From Anaerolineales bacterium (GTDB lineage Bacteria; Chloroflexota; Anaerolineae; Anaerolineales; E44-bin32), in the NCBI GenBank assembly GCA_004376895.1, contig SOIH01000164.1:817-64816 (forward strand): a stretch of DNA of 64,000 nt, in the 5' to 3' direction. The notes beneath the pieces are model-generated. The model was not told the origin of the DNA. It saw nothing but the letters and a program-made list of their open reading frames with translations, and made no database searches. Positions 1 through 9,502 of this stretch are shown in pieces; within the stretch, counting starts at the first letter, position 1; every line of letters begins with the position of its first letter. The translations under genes were made by a program, and so were the position numbers.

Positions 1-1
1 G

Positions 2-526
2 ATCGTCAGCGATTATGCTCTGGGGACGAAGCCTGAGGGGCGCAATTTCCCTCCCCGCAATCGAATTATCAGCGGGCTTTCATTGGCCGTAATCGTGATC
101 GAGGCCGGTGAGTCGAGTGGGGCGCTCATCACAGCGGATTTTTCGGCAGATCAGGGTCGAGATGTTTTTGCTGTTCCGGGCGATATCTATAAACCAAGCA
201 GTAAAGGAACGAATCGATTGATTCAGGCTGGCGCACACCCTTTAGTAAAACCAGAAGAGGTCTTAGAGGTATTAAATCTGGATCTCGTTAGCAGTCAGGA
301 TGACGTTTCCGAACAACTCCCGGAAGACGAAGTTGAGCAAAAGGTATTTAAGGAGTTAAGCAAGCAGCCGATCCATGTTGACGAACTGCTGACACGCTGC
401 TCGCTGCCGGCGTCCACCATAAATGCAGCACTCGCAATGTTGGAACTAAAAGGGCGGGTAAGGCAGGTTGGCGGGATGAACTTCGTAAGAATTCGTGAGG
501 GACAAGCGATATATAAGGTGGATTAA
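2..526 (+). CDS. dprA: DNA-processing protein DprA, C-terminal part (5' end outside window)
   Basis: Frame 2 is open from base 2 (IVSDYALGTKPEGRNFPPRNRIISGLSLAVIVIEAGESSGALITA...DQGRDVFAVPGDI...). This matches the DprA Rossmann-like core and winged-helix tail. Stop at 524-526. Confidence 0.8.
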   Translation: MVSDYALGTKPEGRNFPPRNRIISGLSLAVIVIEAGESSGALITADFSADQGRDVFAVPGDIYKPSSKGTNRLIQAGAHPLVKPEEVLEVLNLDLVSSQDDVSEQLPEDEVEQKVFKELSKQPIHVDELLTRCSLPASTINAALAMLELKGRVRQVGGMNFVRIREGQAIYKVD

Positions 527-529
527 CCG

Positions 530-1630
530 ATGGGTTCAAACTACTATGCTGCGATAATGGCCGGAGGAGGGGGGACACGGCTATGGCCTTTATCAAGGAA
601 GAAGCGCCCAAAACAAGCGCTCAAGTTTTTTGGAAAACGGACTCTCTTTCAGGTGTCGGTGGAACGGATATTACCGATTATCGAACCTGCAAAACTTCTC
701 GTACTTACAGTAGCGGATCAAGCGGAAATATTAGCTAAACAAGAAGAGTTACTCCTGCCGAAGAATTTCATTATTGAGCCATCTCCGCGCGGCACCGCTT
801 CAGCTATCGGCCTCGCTGCAATTTACCTCAACCATAGAGATCCCGGAAGCGTCATGGCTTGTCTTACAGCGGATCACTACATGACAAACGAGCCGGCATT
901 CCGCGAACTTCTTCTGGCGGCCTATGATGCGGCGCTTGATAACCACCTGGTTACTCTGGGGATTACGCCTGAAGCTCCGGATCCAACATATGGATACATT
1001 CATAAAGGGGATGCATCTAATAAATATCGTGGACTCCAATCATTCACCGTTCGCTCTTTCAAAGAAAAGCCAGACGCGGATCTTGCCAGGAAGTATCAAC
1101 AAAGCGGTGAATACAGCTGGAATTCAGGGATGTTTGTCTGGCGAACCGACCGCATATTAAAAGAAATCCAACGTCAAATGCCTGATCTTTTTTCAGGATT
1201 GCAAGAAATCGAGAAGGCTTTGGATACTGATCGAGAGCGTGAAACAGTTGATGCGGTTTGGAGCGAGCTGAAGAGCATCACGATTGATTACGGTGTGATG
1301 GAGGGGGCGGGCGGTGTCGTTGTGATACCCGCAGATGACTTGGGTTGGATTGACGTTGGCGATTGGAATCGCTTATACAACGTTCTTGAGAAAGACGAAG
1401 CCGGAAATGTCAGCGATGCCGAATCCGTCCTTTTACTCGACACAAGAGGAGTCCTCATCTTACAGGAAGGACAGGGAGATTCGGGTCGCCTTATCGCTAC
1501 GTTAGGTATCGACGATCTTGTCATTATTGACACCGAGGATGTGCTGCTTATTTGCCGTAGAGAAATGGCAGATCAAGTGAAGCGTTTGGTTGATTTCATG
1601 AATGAGCGAGAATTGGGAATTTATTCTTAG
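530..1630 (+). CDS. mannose-1-phosphate guanylyltransferase-like nucleotidyltransferase
   Basis: N-terminal AIMAGGGGTRLWPLSRKKRPKQ sugar-nucleotidyltransferase P-loop-like motif. Length 366 aa is typical of ManC/CpsB-type enzymes lacking the isomerase domain. Starts 4 nt after the dprA stop. Confidence 0.75.
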   Translation: MGSNYYAAIMAGGGGTRLWPLSRKKRPKQALKFFGKRTLFQVSVERILPIIEPAKLLVLTVADQAEILAKQEELLLPKNFIIEPSPRGTASAIGLAAIYLNHRDPGSVMACLTADHYMTNEPAFRELLLAAYDAALDNHLVTLGITPEAPDPTYGYIHKGDASNKYRGLQSFTVRSFKEKPDADLARKYQQSGEYSWNSGMFVWRTDRILKEIQRQMPDLFSGLQEIEKALDTDRERETVDAVWSELKSITIDYGVMEGAGGVVVIPADDLGWIDVGDWNRLYNVLEKDEAGNVSDAESVLLLDTRGVLILQEGQGDSGRLIATLGIDDLVIIDTEDVLLICRREMADQVKRLVDFMNERELGIYS

Positions 1631-1644
1631 CGGAGATTAGTTTT

Positions 1645-3987
1645 ATGGAAGCGTATTGTGTAAAGTGTAAAGAGAAGAGAGAGATTGGAAGCCCAGAACC
1701 GACATTTACTTCTTCTGGGACTCCCGCAACGCGGGGAAAATGTCCGGTTTGCGATACAGGGTTATATAGAATGGGCAAAACACCGGCGCATGAAGGGCTT
1801 GAGAAGCCTGAGGTGCAACGGAAAGCATTAAAGAAAAAGCCACGCAAACGTAAAGGTAAACTTGTCATCGTCGAATCTCCCGCCAAAGCGAGGACAGTAG
1901 GGCGAATATTAGGAAAAGATTATTCTGTGAAAGCGTCGGTGGGTCATGTGCGCGATTTATTACGCTCTCAGCTATCGGTAGATGTGGAGAACGACTTCAC
2001 ACCAAAGTACAGGGTACCAAACGAAAAACGCGATGTCGTAAAGGGATTAAAAGCGGATTCTGCAAAGGCCACCGAAGTTTTCATTGCAACGGACCCGGAT
2101 CGCGAAGGAGAGGCGATCGCATGGCATCTTATTGAAGCGGTTGAGATCGAGCCCGAACTCGTCAAACGTGTAGTGTTCCATGAGATCACGAAAACTGCTG
2201 TTGAAGAGGCGTTTCAAAAACCACGCATAATTGATATGGATCTTGTCGATGCGCAGCAGGCACGGCGCATCCTCGACAGGCTTGTGGGCTACAACCTCAG
2301 CCCATTACTCTGGTCCAAGGTTCGCGGGCGTCTCTCGGCGGGTAGGGTTCAATCCGTTGCCCTGAGGATGGTTGTAGAAAGAGAACGTGAAATCCGGGGT
2401 TTCATTCCACAGGAATATTGGACGATCGATGCAGGTTTTGTGAACCATCAGAAGCCTCCTGATTTTAAAGCGAGGCTTACTCGCTGGGATGGTGCGAAAG
2501 CAGAAATAACAAGCGAGGGGGAAGTTAAGGAGCTCGTCGAGGATATTGAAGAGGCGGATTATCGTGTAGTCGGCGTCAAGCATGGCCAGCGCATCCGAAA
2601 ACCAGTGGCGCCCTTCACAACCAGTACAATGCAGCAAGCTGCCTCTAGACGGTTCAATTACACTGCGCGTAAGACGATGGCTATCGCTCAGCAATTGTAT
2701 GAGGGACTTGATGTTGGCGAAGGTGATTCGTACGGTCTGATTACTTATATGCGTACAGATTCGACACAGGTGTCTAATGAGGCGATCAGGGATGTCAGGC
2801 AATTTATCGAGAAGCGCTTTGGTAAAGAGTTCCTACCCGGGAATCCAGTAATCTACCGGACTCGAGCGCGCAGCGCTCAAGAAGCGCACGAGGCGATTCG
2901 CCCAACGTCTGTTTCCCGAACTCCTGAGCGGATCAAGTCTTATCTCTCAGCAGATCAGTTTAAATTATACGATCTCATCTGGCGACGCTTTGTCGCCTCA
3001 CAGATGAAACCCGCTGAGTACGACACGCTTGCGATTGAGATCGAAGGCATTTCTACGGACCATCAGTATCTTTTCAAGGTATCGGCATCAGCTATGCGGT
3101 TTCCAGGATTCTTGGAAGTGTATGGCGAAAGGGAGAAGCAATCCAAGAATGGGGATAATGGCGGAAATGGTCTTACGTCCACACTTGAACAACTTCCCGA
3201 ACTGGTCGAGGGGGATTCTCTTGATCTAACCGGAGTCTTCCCAGACCAGCATTTCACAAAACATCCTCCACGCTATTCCGATGCCAGTTTGATTAAAGCA
3301 ATGGAAGAGCATGGGATTGGGCGTCCTTCAACTTATGCTCCAACGATCTCGACGTTACGTCAGCGAGGATACGTAACTCGAGAGAAGCGCCGCCTTCATC
3401 CGACCGAGATCGGTGAAGTTGTCACGGATTTACTGGTGGAGCATTTCTCGGATGTGATCGATATAACATTCACTGCCAAAATGGAAGGTTCGTTAGACGA
3501 AATCGCATCAGGTAAACGGGAATGGGTGGAGGTCATCCGAGAATTCTATCAGCCATTCTCAGAGGAACTTGCGAGCGCCGTCGAGAATATGCCCGAGATA
3601 AAGGCGGAGCCAGAATTGCTCGATCGTCCCTGTCCTGAGTGTGGAAAACTTCTTCTAATCCGACATGGGCGCTACGGGAAATTCATTGGCTGTTCGGATT
3701 TTCCCACTTGCCGGCACACTGAACCTTGGTTAGAGAAAATTGGGATAAGCTGCCCAGATGACGGCGGTGATCTGGTTGAGAGGCGAACCAGGAAAGGGCG
3801 CGTCTTCTACGGCTGCTCAAATTACCCAGAATGCCAATTCACTTCCTGGAAACGACCTTTGAAAATACCTTGTCCGACTTGTAATGGGCTGCTGGTAGCG
3901 GAGAATCGTGACCAAGCAGTGTGCAAATCCTGCGATTCAAAATTCGAGCGCAGCGAGTTACCTCAATCTGAGGATGATTCGGCATAG
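1645..3987 (+). CDS. topA: DNA topoisomerase I with extra N-terminal CxxC...CxxC zinc ribbon
   Basis: Toprim start KLVIVESPAKARTVGRILG at about residue 72. DPDREGEAI and the TYMRTDS active-site Tyr region are present. C-terminal zinc ribbons are CPECG..CSDFPTC, a degenerate CPDDGG..CSNYPEC, and CPTCNG..CKSC. Confidence 0.95.
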   Translation: MEAYCVKCKEKREIGSPEPTFTSSGTPATRGKCPVCDTGLYRMGKTPAHEGLEKPEVQRKALKKKPRKRKGKLVIVESPAKARTVGRILGKDYSVKASVGHVRDLLRSQLSVDVENDFTPKYRVPNEKRDVVKGLKADSAKATEVFIATDPDREGEAIAWHLIEAVEIEPELVKRVVFHEITKTAVEEAFQKPRIIDMDLVDAQQARRILDRLVGYNLSPLLWSKVRGRLSAGRVQSVALRMVVEREREIRGFIPQEYWTIDAGFVNHQKPPDFKARLTRWDGAKAEITSEGEVKELVEDIEEADYRVVGVKHGQRIRKPVAPFTTSTMQQAASRRFNYTARKTMAIAQQLYEGLDVGEGDSYGLITYMRTDSTQVSNEAIRDVRQFIEKRFGKEFLPGNPVIYRTRARSAQEAHEAIRPTSVSRTPERIKSYLSADQFKLYDLIWRRFVASQMKPAEYDTLAIEIEGISTDHQYLFKVSASAMRFPGFLEVYGEREKQSKNGDNGGNGLTSTLEQLPELVEGDSLDLTGVFPDQHFTKHPPRYSDASLIKAMEEHGIGRPSTYAPTISTLRQRGYVTREKRRLHPTEIGEVVTDLLVEHFSDVIDITFTAKMEGSLDEIASGKREWVEVIREFYQPFSEELASAVENMPEIKAEPELLDRPCPECGKLLLIRHGRYGKFIGCSDFPTCRHTEPWLEKIGISCPDDGGDLVERRTRKGRVFYGCSNYPECQFTSWKRPLKIPCPTCNGLLVAENRDQAVCKSCDSKFERSELPQSEDDSA

Positions 3988-4100
3988 ATCATGCATCGGT
4001 AACTTTGCTTTGTTCTTATTGTCGGGCTAAAATCCAAGCAGTGGAGAATCTCCAGCCCTGAAGATATTTGATTAAAGGCTGCAGAGGGAAGAGAGGGACC

Positions 4101-5144
4101 ATGGATAACGTAAAAGAAATGATCACAAGGAAGTCCTTCGCCGTCATCGTCGCTCTAATTGCAGGAATTGCGTTGGGGGTACTTTACGCTTGGGTGATTC
4201 AACCTGTGCAACTTGTAGATGCTGATATTTCGCAGCTGCGTGAGGACCTGCGTGTAGATTACTTACGAATGGTGATTGGCTCATATGCCGCAGATTCAGA
4301 TGCAGAAGTAGCCATTCAGCGCTATGAATCACTCGGCGAAAACAAAGACGCTATACTAAGCGAAGTTGGCGAAAGCCCGGGTGAAGTTAGCCCGAGTGAT
4401 CTCCAAAAGTTCCAGGCGCTTGTGGCAGTGGAATCGCCATCAGAGGCGCCGCTTGTAGAAACCACTGAAGCTGATGAAGCGGCCGGATCAACAGAGCCGA
4501 CAACCGCATCTACGGAAACAACTTCCGCATCGCGGTATATTTTACCTGTTTGTCTGGGGACGTTGGCGTTGGGTGCAATGCTAGGTGTTGCGCTCGTCCT
4601 GCGGCGCAGGATCGAAGCCAGGGAAAATGACTTTGAACCTGACTTTACGCCTGAGGCCATAGATAATGCGCATGATGTCGACCTTGAAGTGGAAATGGAA
4701 ATCCCGAGTGAAGGGCCGTTGGCAACATTCCGTACAACCTACACAATCGGCGATGATCTGTATGATGATTCATTCAGCGTCGAAAGCCCAGCATCTGGCG
4801 ACTTCTTGGGGGAGTGCGGCGTAGGTATTGCTGAAGCAATCGGGGTGGGGGATCCCAAGAAAGTATCAGCCTTTGAGGTTTGGCTCTTCGACAAGAATGA
4901 CATTCAGACCGTAACCAAGATCCTAATGAGTAAATACACTTTCAGCGATGAAGAGACGCGCAGTCAGCTTGCCGCGAAAGGCGATCCGGTTATGGCTGAA
5001 GGAGGAGAAGTTGTCGAGTTAGAGACTGCATCCCTTCGTGTCGAGGCTCGCATCGTTGATATGAGTTATGGGGAGGGGGCGCTCCCTAAAGAAAGCTTCT
5101 TCGACCGCATGACGATCGAACTGAAAGCAATAACTAAGACCTAG
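4101..5144 (+). CDS. hypothetical two-TM membrane protein with acidic Thr/Glu-rich linker
   Basis: The ORF is open from the TTG at 4068. The ATG at 4101 is preceded by GAGAGGGA. TM segments are FAVIVALIAGIALGVLYAWVI and ILPVCLGTLALGAMLGVALVL. I recognise no family motif. Confidence 0.6.
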   Translation: MDNVKEMITRKSFAVIVALIAGIALGVLYAWVIQPVQLVDADISQLREDLRVDYLRMVIGSYAADSDAEVAIQRYESLGENKDAILSEVGESPGEVSPSDLQKFQALVAVESPSEAPLVETTEADEAAGSTEPTTASTETTSASRYILPVCLGTLALGAMLGVALVLRRRIEARENDFEPDFTPEAIDNAHDVDLEVEMEIPSEGPLATFRTTYTIGDDLYDDSFSVESPASGDFLGECGVGIAEAIGVGDPKKVSAFEVWLFDKNDIQTVTKILMSKYTFSDEETRSQLAAKGDPVMAEGGEVVELETASLRVEARIVDMSYGEGALPKESFFDRMTIELKAITKT

Positions 5145-5161
5145 GACACTTTTCGAAGAAC

Positions 5162-5192
5162 AAAAAGGGCAGAACAATATTCTGCCCTTTTT
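5162..5192. terminator. bidirectional intrinsic terminator between convergent genes
   Basis: AAAAA-GGGCAGAA-caata-TTCTGCCC-TTTTT. 8-bp stem (5167-5174 / 5180-5187) flanked by an A-run and a T-run. Confidence 0.8.
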
Positions 5193-5211
5193 GTTTTGCT
5201 ACAAAGTCGTT

Positions 5212-5679
5212 TTAACGAATCTCTTGGATCTCCATAACGAGGTCACCCCCCGGGGTCTCGGCCTTGGTAATGTCGCCGACGCGTTTCCCCATGAGAGAGC
5301 TGCCTATTGGCGATTCGTTCGATATTTTCCCGTTTCTCGGATCGGCTTCTTTGATGCCGACGAGTTTGTACGTCTGCGGAGCTTCTCCGTCTACGATGAC
5401 AACAACGGTGGACCCAATATTAACCTGCTCTTTGCCGACATTGCCTTCAACAATAACTGCAATCTTTAGGATTTGCTGAAGCTCGGTAATTTTCCCTTCC
5501 AAAAAAGCCTGATCTTCCTTGGCGATAATATAATCAGCGTTTTCCTTGAGATCTCCCATCGAGATTGCGTTACGGAGACGTTTTGCCAAATCCACACGCC
5601 GTGGCCCCGTTAATTCCTTGAGTTCTTCCTGAAGTTTTTGTGCGCCTTCAGACGTAAGATAGATATCTTTATTTTCCAT
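5212..5679 (-). CDS. greA: transcription elongation factor GreA
   Basis: 155 aa. LTSEGAQKLQEELKEL...RLRNAISMGDLKENADY coiled-coil domain plus a C-terminal FKBP-like domain. Confidence 0.95.
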   Translation of the reverse strand: MENKDIYLTSEGAQKLQEELKELTGPRRVDLAKRLRNAISMGDLKENADYIIAKEDQAFLEGKITELQQILKIAVIVEGNVGKEQVNIGSTVVVIVDGEAPQTYKLVGIKEADPRNGKISNESPIGSSLMGKRVGDITKAETPGGDLVMEIQEIR

Positions 5680-5701
5680 AACATTACCTGACGAAACTTA
5701 T

Positions 5702-6853
5702 TTACAAAGCTGCCTGTGGGTCAAATAAACGGCTGTGCTCATCTATTGCAAAGCGATCGGTCATACCAGCGATATAATCACAGATTATCCGGTGAAATTC
5801 ACCATTCTTTGCTCGTCCCTGAACTTCGGCGGGAAGTATACCCGGATTTTCGGTGTAAGAGTTGAATAAATCCTGCAAGATATGTTCTGCTTTGATCTGC
5901 ATACGGTAAACCCGAAAATGGCGGTACATATTCTCGAAAAGGAAATCTTTCAACTCACGATTCATCTTGATGAATGATTCAGAATATACAACGACGTTGC
6001 TTGGTAGGCACTGAAGCTCATTAACGGATTTCGCGCCGCTCGCTTCCAAGGCTAGCGAAGTCGAATCTAGGACATCTGAGATCTCAATACCGATCAAGCG
6101 ACGGATGAGTTGATGCCGAGTAATCTCATCTAGCTCAACGGCATCCCAGCCGACACTCTCCTTTAGTTTCTGCCAGAGAGTTAATTCTTGCAATAATTTT
6201 GTTTTGAGCAAACCAGCACGAAGACCATCATCCAGGTCATGCGCGGTGTATGCTATTTCATCAGCCACATTCGCAATCTGTGCCTCTAGATTTCCGCGTT
6301 TCTCCGGGTCATACCCTTCGGCGTCTGAGATATCGTACTCGGTTTCGTGCTTGACCATCCCCTCACGCACCTCGTAAGTGAGATTCAAACCTGGGAATTG
6401 AGGAAACCTTCTTTCAAGTGTCGTCACAATGCGAAGTGATTGGCGATTATGATCAAAACCGCCGTGGTCACTCATCAATTCGGAAAGAGCATGTTCGCCC
6501 GCATGACCGAAGGGAGTATGACCGAGGTCGTGAGCAAGGCATATCGCCTCCACGAGGTCTTCATTCGCACCAAGCGCACGGGCGATTGTTCTGCCGATCT
6601 GCGCGACCTCGAGTGTATGCGTCAGTCGAGTTCTATAATAGTCGCCCTCAGTAATTACAAAAACTTGAGTCTTATATTCAAGGCGCCGGAAGGCAGTTGT
6701 GTGGATGATGCGGTCACGGTCGCGCTGGAAGGCTGTGCGGTATTCGCGCTCTGGATCGGGATATTCACGCCCTTTGGAATCGCGGCTGCGAAAGCCATAA
6801 GGCGCCAGTTGTTTATCTTCCAGATCTTCGAGAATATCTCTCTGGTAAATCAT
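5702..6853 (-). CDS. dGTP triphosphohydrolase-like HD-domain protein
   Basis: FQRDRDRIIHTTAFRRLEYKTQVF...RTRLTHTLEVAQIGR...AHDLGHTPFGH, the HD superfamily Dgt-like signature. Confidence 0.9.
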   Translation of the reverse strand: MIYQRDILEDLEDKQLAPYGFRSRDSKGREYPDPEREYRTAFQRDRDRIIHTTAFRRLEYKTQVFVITEGDYYRTRLTHTLEVAQIGRTIARALGANEDLVEAICLAHDLGHTPFGHAGEHALSELMSDHGGFDHNRQSLRIVTTLERRFPQFPGLNLTYEVREGMVKHETEYDISDAEGYDPEKRGNLEAQIANVADEIAYTAHDLDDGLRAGLLKTKLLQELTLWQKLKESVGWDAVELDEITRHQLIRRLIGIEISDVLDSTSLALEASGAKSVNELQCLPSNVVVYSESFIKMNRELKDFLFENMYRHFRVYRMQIKAEHILQDLFNSYTENPGILPAEVQGRAKNGEFHRIICDYIAGMTDRFAIDEHSRLFDPQAAL

Positions 6854-6901
6854 ACCGCCCTCCGAATTGGTTGGGCTTGAGAGTGTAACCGAGCACGGAG
6901 C

Positions 6902-6930
6902 TGCCTGTCAACGCAAAACGTTGACAGGCA
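6902..6930. promoter_or_regulatory. perfect 12-bp inverted repeat carrying TTGACA on both strands (divergent promoter/operator candidate)
   Basis: TGCCTGTCAACG-caaaa-CGTTGACAGGCA. On + the TTGACA at 6921-6926 is followed 18 nt later by CATAAT (6945-6950), upstream of the 6977 gene. The mirror TTGACA faces the dGTPase-like gene. Confidence 0.45.
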
Positions 6931-6976
6931 CGCACCTTATGAACCATAATTCAAACATCCTTTATGGAGGCTTAAG

Positions 6977-7396
6977 ATGGCTTATCCATTTCCCAGCGAT
7001 GAATGGCTGCAGGTTCTAGTCGAGGTTCTAAATTCTGATGAGCGTTATGCTGAGGTGGCGAAGAACTGGGAAGGGGATATGACGGTAGTGATCGAACCTG
7101 AAGACGGGGATGAGCGTCAAGATCTTCCTGTGGCCGTATATCTCGATCTGTGGCATGGGAAATGTCGCAGCGCCCGGTTCATCGATCTGGAGAAAGAAGA
7201 GATGCCGGATGCAGCATTTACGCTCCGCGCGCGCATAGACAATATCCAGAAATTATTTACCGGTCAACTGGATCCGATTCAAGCGATGATGACGCGCCGT
7301 CTGCGAGTTGAAGGAAATATGGCATACATGCTGCGCAATGTGCCTACTGTGCTAGATTTTGTACGCTGCTGTCAAAAGGTTCCGATAGAAGAATAA
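6977..7396 (+). CDS. SCP2 sterol-carrier-like domain protein
   Basis: 139 aa. C-terminal GQLDPIQAMMTRRLRVEGNMAYMLRN resembles the SCP-2 fold signature. Good SD (GGAGG) upstream. Confidence 0.65.
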   Translation: MAYPFPSDEWLQVLVEVLNSDERYAEVAKNWEGDMTVVIEPEDGDERQDLPVAVYLDLWHGKCRSARFIDLEKEEMPDAAFTLRARIDNIQKLFTGQLDPIQAMMTRRLRVEGNMAYMLRNVPTVLDFVRCCQKVPIEE

Positions 7397-7434
7397 GCCT
7401 TAACTATTTGTGCCCACGACCTGGAGGTCGAACC

Positions 7435-7707
7435 ATGCCTCATTACCTTCTCGTACATAAAATTGTAACGTATCCAGAATCACAGGATGATTGGATCGAT
7501 CAATGGCGTGAAATTAGGAAGAAAGCCCATGGAGATGTTGAGTGGGTTCATTCTTTCTTCGATCCAGCCGAGGGGAAATTGTACTGCGAGTGGAAAGCAG
7601 AAAGCATGGAATCAATCGTGAAATGTTTTCCGCCAGGCAGTGAAAAGCAGGCTCCCGTTGAATATTCAAGCGAAATCATCCTATTCGATACGTTATGGTT
7701 AGATTAG
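7435..7707 (+). CDS. small alpha/beta protein, DUF4242-like (tentative)
   Basis: The ATG at 7435 is preceded by GGAGG at 7 nt. MPHYLLVHK...EGKLYCEWKAESMESIVKCF resembles the small DUF4242/SCO4226-type family. Confidence 0.5.
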   Translation: MPHYLLVHKIVTYPESQDDWIDQWREIRKKAHGDVEWVHSFFDPAEGKLYCEWKAESMESIVKCFPPGSEKQAPVEYSSEIILFDTLWLD

Positions 7708-7787
7708 TCGCGAATTCAAAGTTTAGATTTCGCGCGTAAATTGCGGCATTCCCTCGATTGTTATATTTGGAGTGAGCAGGTTAATCC

Positions 7788-9413
7788 ATGATATCAGAAC
7801 TTCAATCATCCAAACCTATCTACGATTTTGTCATCATCGGCTCAGGATTTGGCGGGAGCGTTTCGGCGATGCGCTTAGCTGAAAAGGGATATCGGGTCCT
7901 TGTACTTGAGCGCGGTTTACGGTACGAGGATGAGGATTTCCCGAAGAACAATTGGCTGTTGTGGAAATTTCTTTGGATGCCGGCACTTCGTTTTTTCGGC
8001 TTCTGGGAATTAACGCTTTTGCGAGATGTGATGGCATTCAGCTGGAGCGGGGTGGGGGGTGGAAGCCTGGGATATGCGAATGTGCTCGTTGACCCGGACG
8101 ATAAAATGTATGAGGTCGGCAGTTGGGCTGGGCTAAATGATTGGAAATCTGTCCTCGCCCCCCATTTCGACACCGCAAAGCGAATGCTAGGGCGCACCAC
8201 AAGCCCCAGCATTACTGAAGCCGACAAGATCATGAGATCGGTAGCAGAGAAAATGGGCAGGGGGAGTACATTCAGAAATCTTCCCGTCGGAATATTTTTC
8301 GGTACTAAAGGAATCGAAGTCGATGACCCGTTCTTTGATGGCGAGGGTCCTCGACGGTCTGGATGCACTTTTTGTGGCGGCTGTATGATCGGGTGTAGAG
8401 AAAACGCAAAAAACACTTTGCCGAAGAACTATCTGTATTTCGCAGAAAAACTTGGAGTTGAGATCCGACCTGAGGCCCAGGTCACTGAGATAAGTAAGGC
8501 GAAAGATGGTGTCAGAGATGGCGCCCGTTATCGCCTCCGATACCATAATCCACGACATGCAATTCGGTCCATGAACGCTGAAGTCTATGCCGCCAACGTG
8601 ATCATCGCCGCGGGTGTAATCGGCACGTTGAATCTGCTCCTGCAGTGCCGAGATGTCTCACGTACACTCCCCGAGTTATCCGAAAAACTCGGAGAAAATG
8701 TGCGGACCAACTCCGAAGCGCTTCTTGGTGTTACCGATAGGGATCCTGACAGCAACCATACGGAAGGGATTGCGATTAACACAGTTTTCCATGCGGATGA
8801 CGTCACCCATATCGAGCCTTTTCGATTTCCAGAAGGCTCGTCATTCTTGAATCGCCTTTTATGTGCGCCAATGATCGAGGCCGGGGAAGCTGGCGTAGCT
8901 TACCGGTTATGGCTGCTCTTGCTTGCCATTCTCCGCCATCCCTGGTCATTTATTACCTCGAAGCTTGGGCCTAGCTGGGGTCGGCGCACCTTTTTGATCC
9001 TCCTGATGCAAACCGAGGATAACCTCATGCGAGTGAAGCTGGGCCGCAGTCTACTGACTCTATTCCGTTTAGGGTTGACATCAGACCGCGGGAAAGAGAA
9101 ACAGGTACCCGCGGAAATACCAATAGGGCATCAGGTAGTCCGTGCAATGGCTGCGGAGATTGATGGTCTGCCAATGGGAAATATTGTAGAAGGCGCGCTG
9201 AATGCATCGATGACCGCACATATCCTTGGGGGCTGTCTTATGGGGGCCAGCGACGAAGAGGGCGTGGTCAATAAAGAGCTTGAGGTGTTTAACTACCCCG
9301 GCTTGCACATCGTCGATGGTTCAATTATCCAGGCTAACCCTGGGCTCAACCCGACTTTGACGATAACCGCGATGGCAGAGTACGCGATGAGCAAAATTCC
9401 TGCGAAGAAGTAG
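7788..9413 (+). CDS. GMC-family FAD oxidoreductase (cholesterol-oxidase-like)
   Basis: N-terminal FVIIGSGFGGSVSAMRLAEKGYRVLVLERG dinucleotide-binding motif. C-terminal HILGGCLMG...DGSIIQANPGLNPTLTITAMAE is typical of GMC oxidoreductases. Confidence 0.85.
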   Translation: MISELQSSKPIYDFVIIGSGFGGSVSAMRLAEKGYRVLVLERGLRYEDEDFPKNNWLLWKFLWMPALRFFGFWELTLLRDVMAFSWSGVGGGSLGYANVLVDPDDKMYEVGSWAGLNDWKSVLAPHFDTAKRMLGRTTSPSITEADKIMRSVAEKMGRGSTFRNLPVGIFFGTKGIEVDDPFFDGEGPRRSGCTFCGGCMIGCRENAKNTLPKNYLYFAEKLGVEIRPEAQVTEISKAKDGVRDGARYRLRYHNPRHAIRSMNAEVYAANVIIAAGVIGTLNLLLQCRDVSRTLPELSEKLGENVRTNSEALLGVTDRDPDSNHTEGIAINTVFHADDVTHIEPFRFPEGSSFLNRLLCAPMIEAGEAGVAYRLWLLLLAILRHPWSFITSKLGPSWGRRTFLILLMQTEDNLMRVKLGRSLLTLFRLGLTSDRGKEKQVPAEIPIGHQVVRAMAAEIDGLPMGNIVEGALNASMTAHILGGCLMGASDEEGVVNKELEVFNYPGLHIVDGSIIQANPGLNPTLTITAMAEYAMSKIPAKK

Positions 9414-9502
9414 ATCTTCTGGAAGTCGAGAGTTTACGAGAATGGATACTGCATAATGCGGATGCGATTTCGTCAACGAAAAATTAATAATACACCCTGG
9501 CC

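Noticed and set aside
9414-9502. A Moco/Tuco riboswitch upstream of the AOR gene.
   Set aside because: The gap is only 89 nt and shows no extended conserved helices. That is too short for the roughly 130-nt motif.
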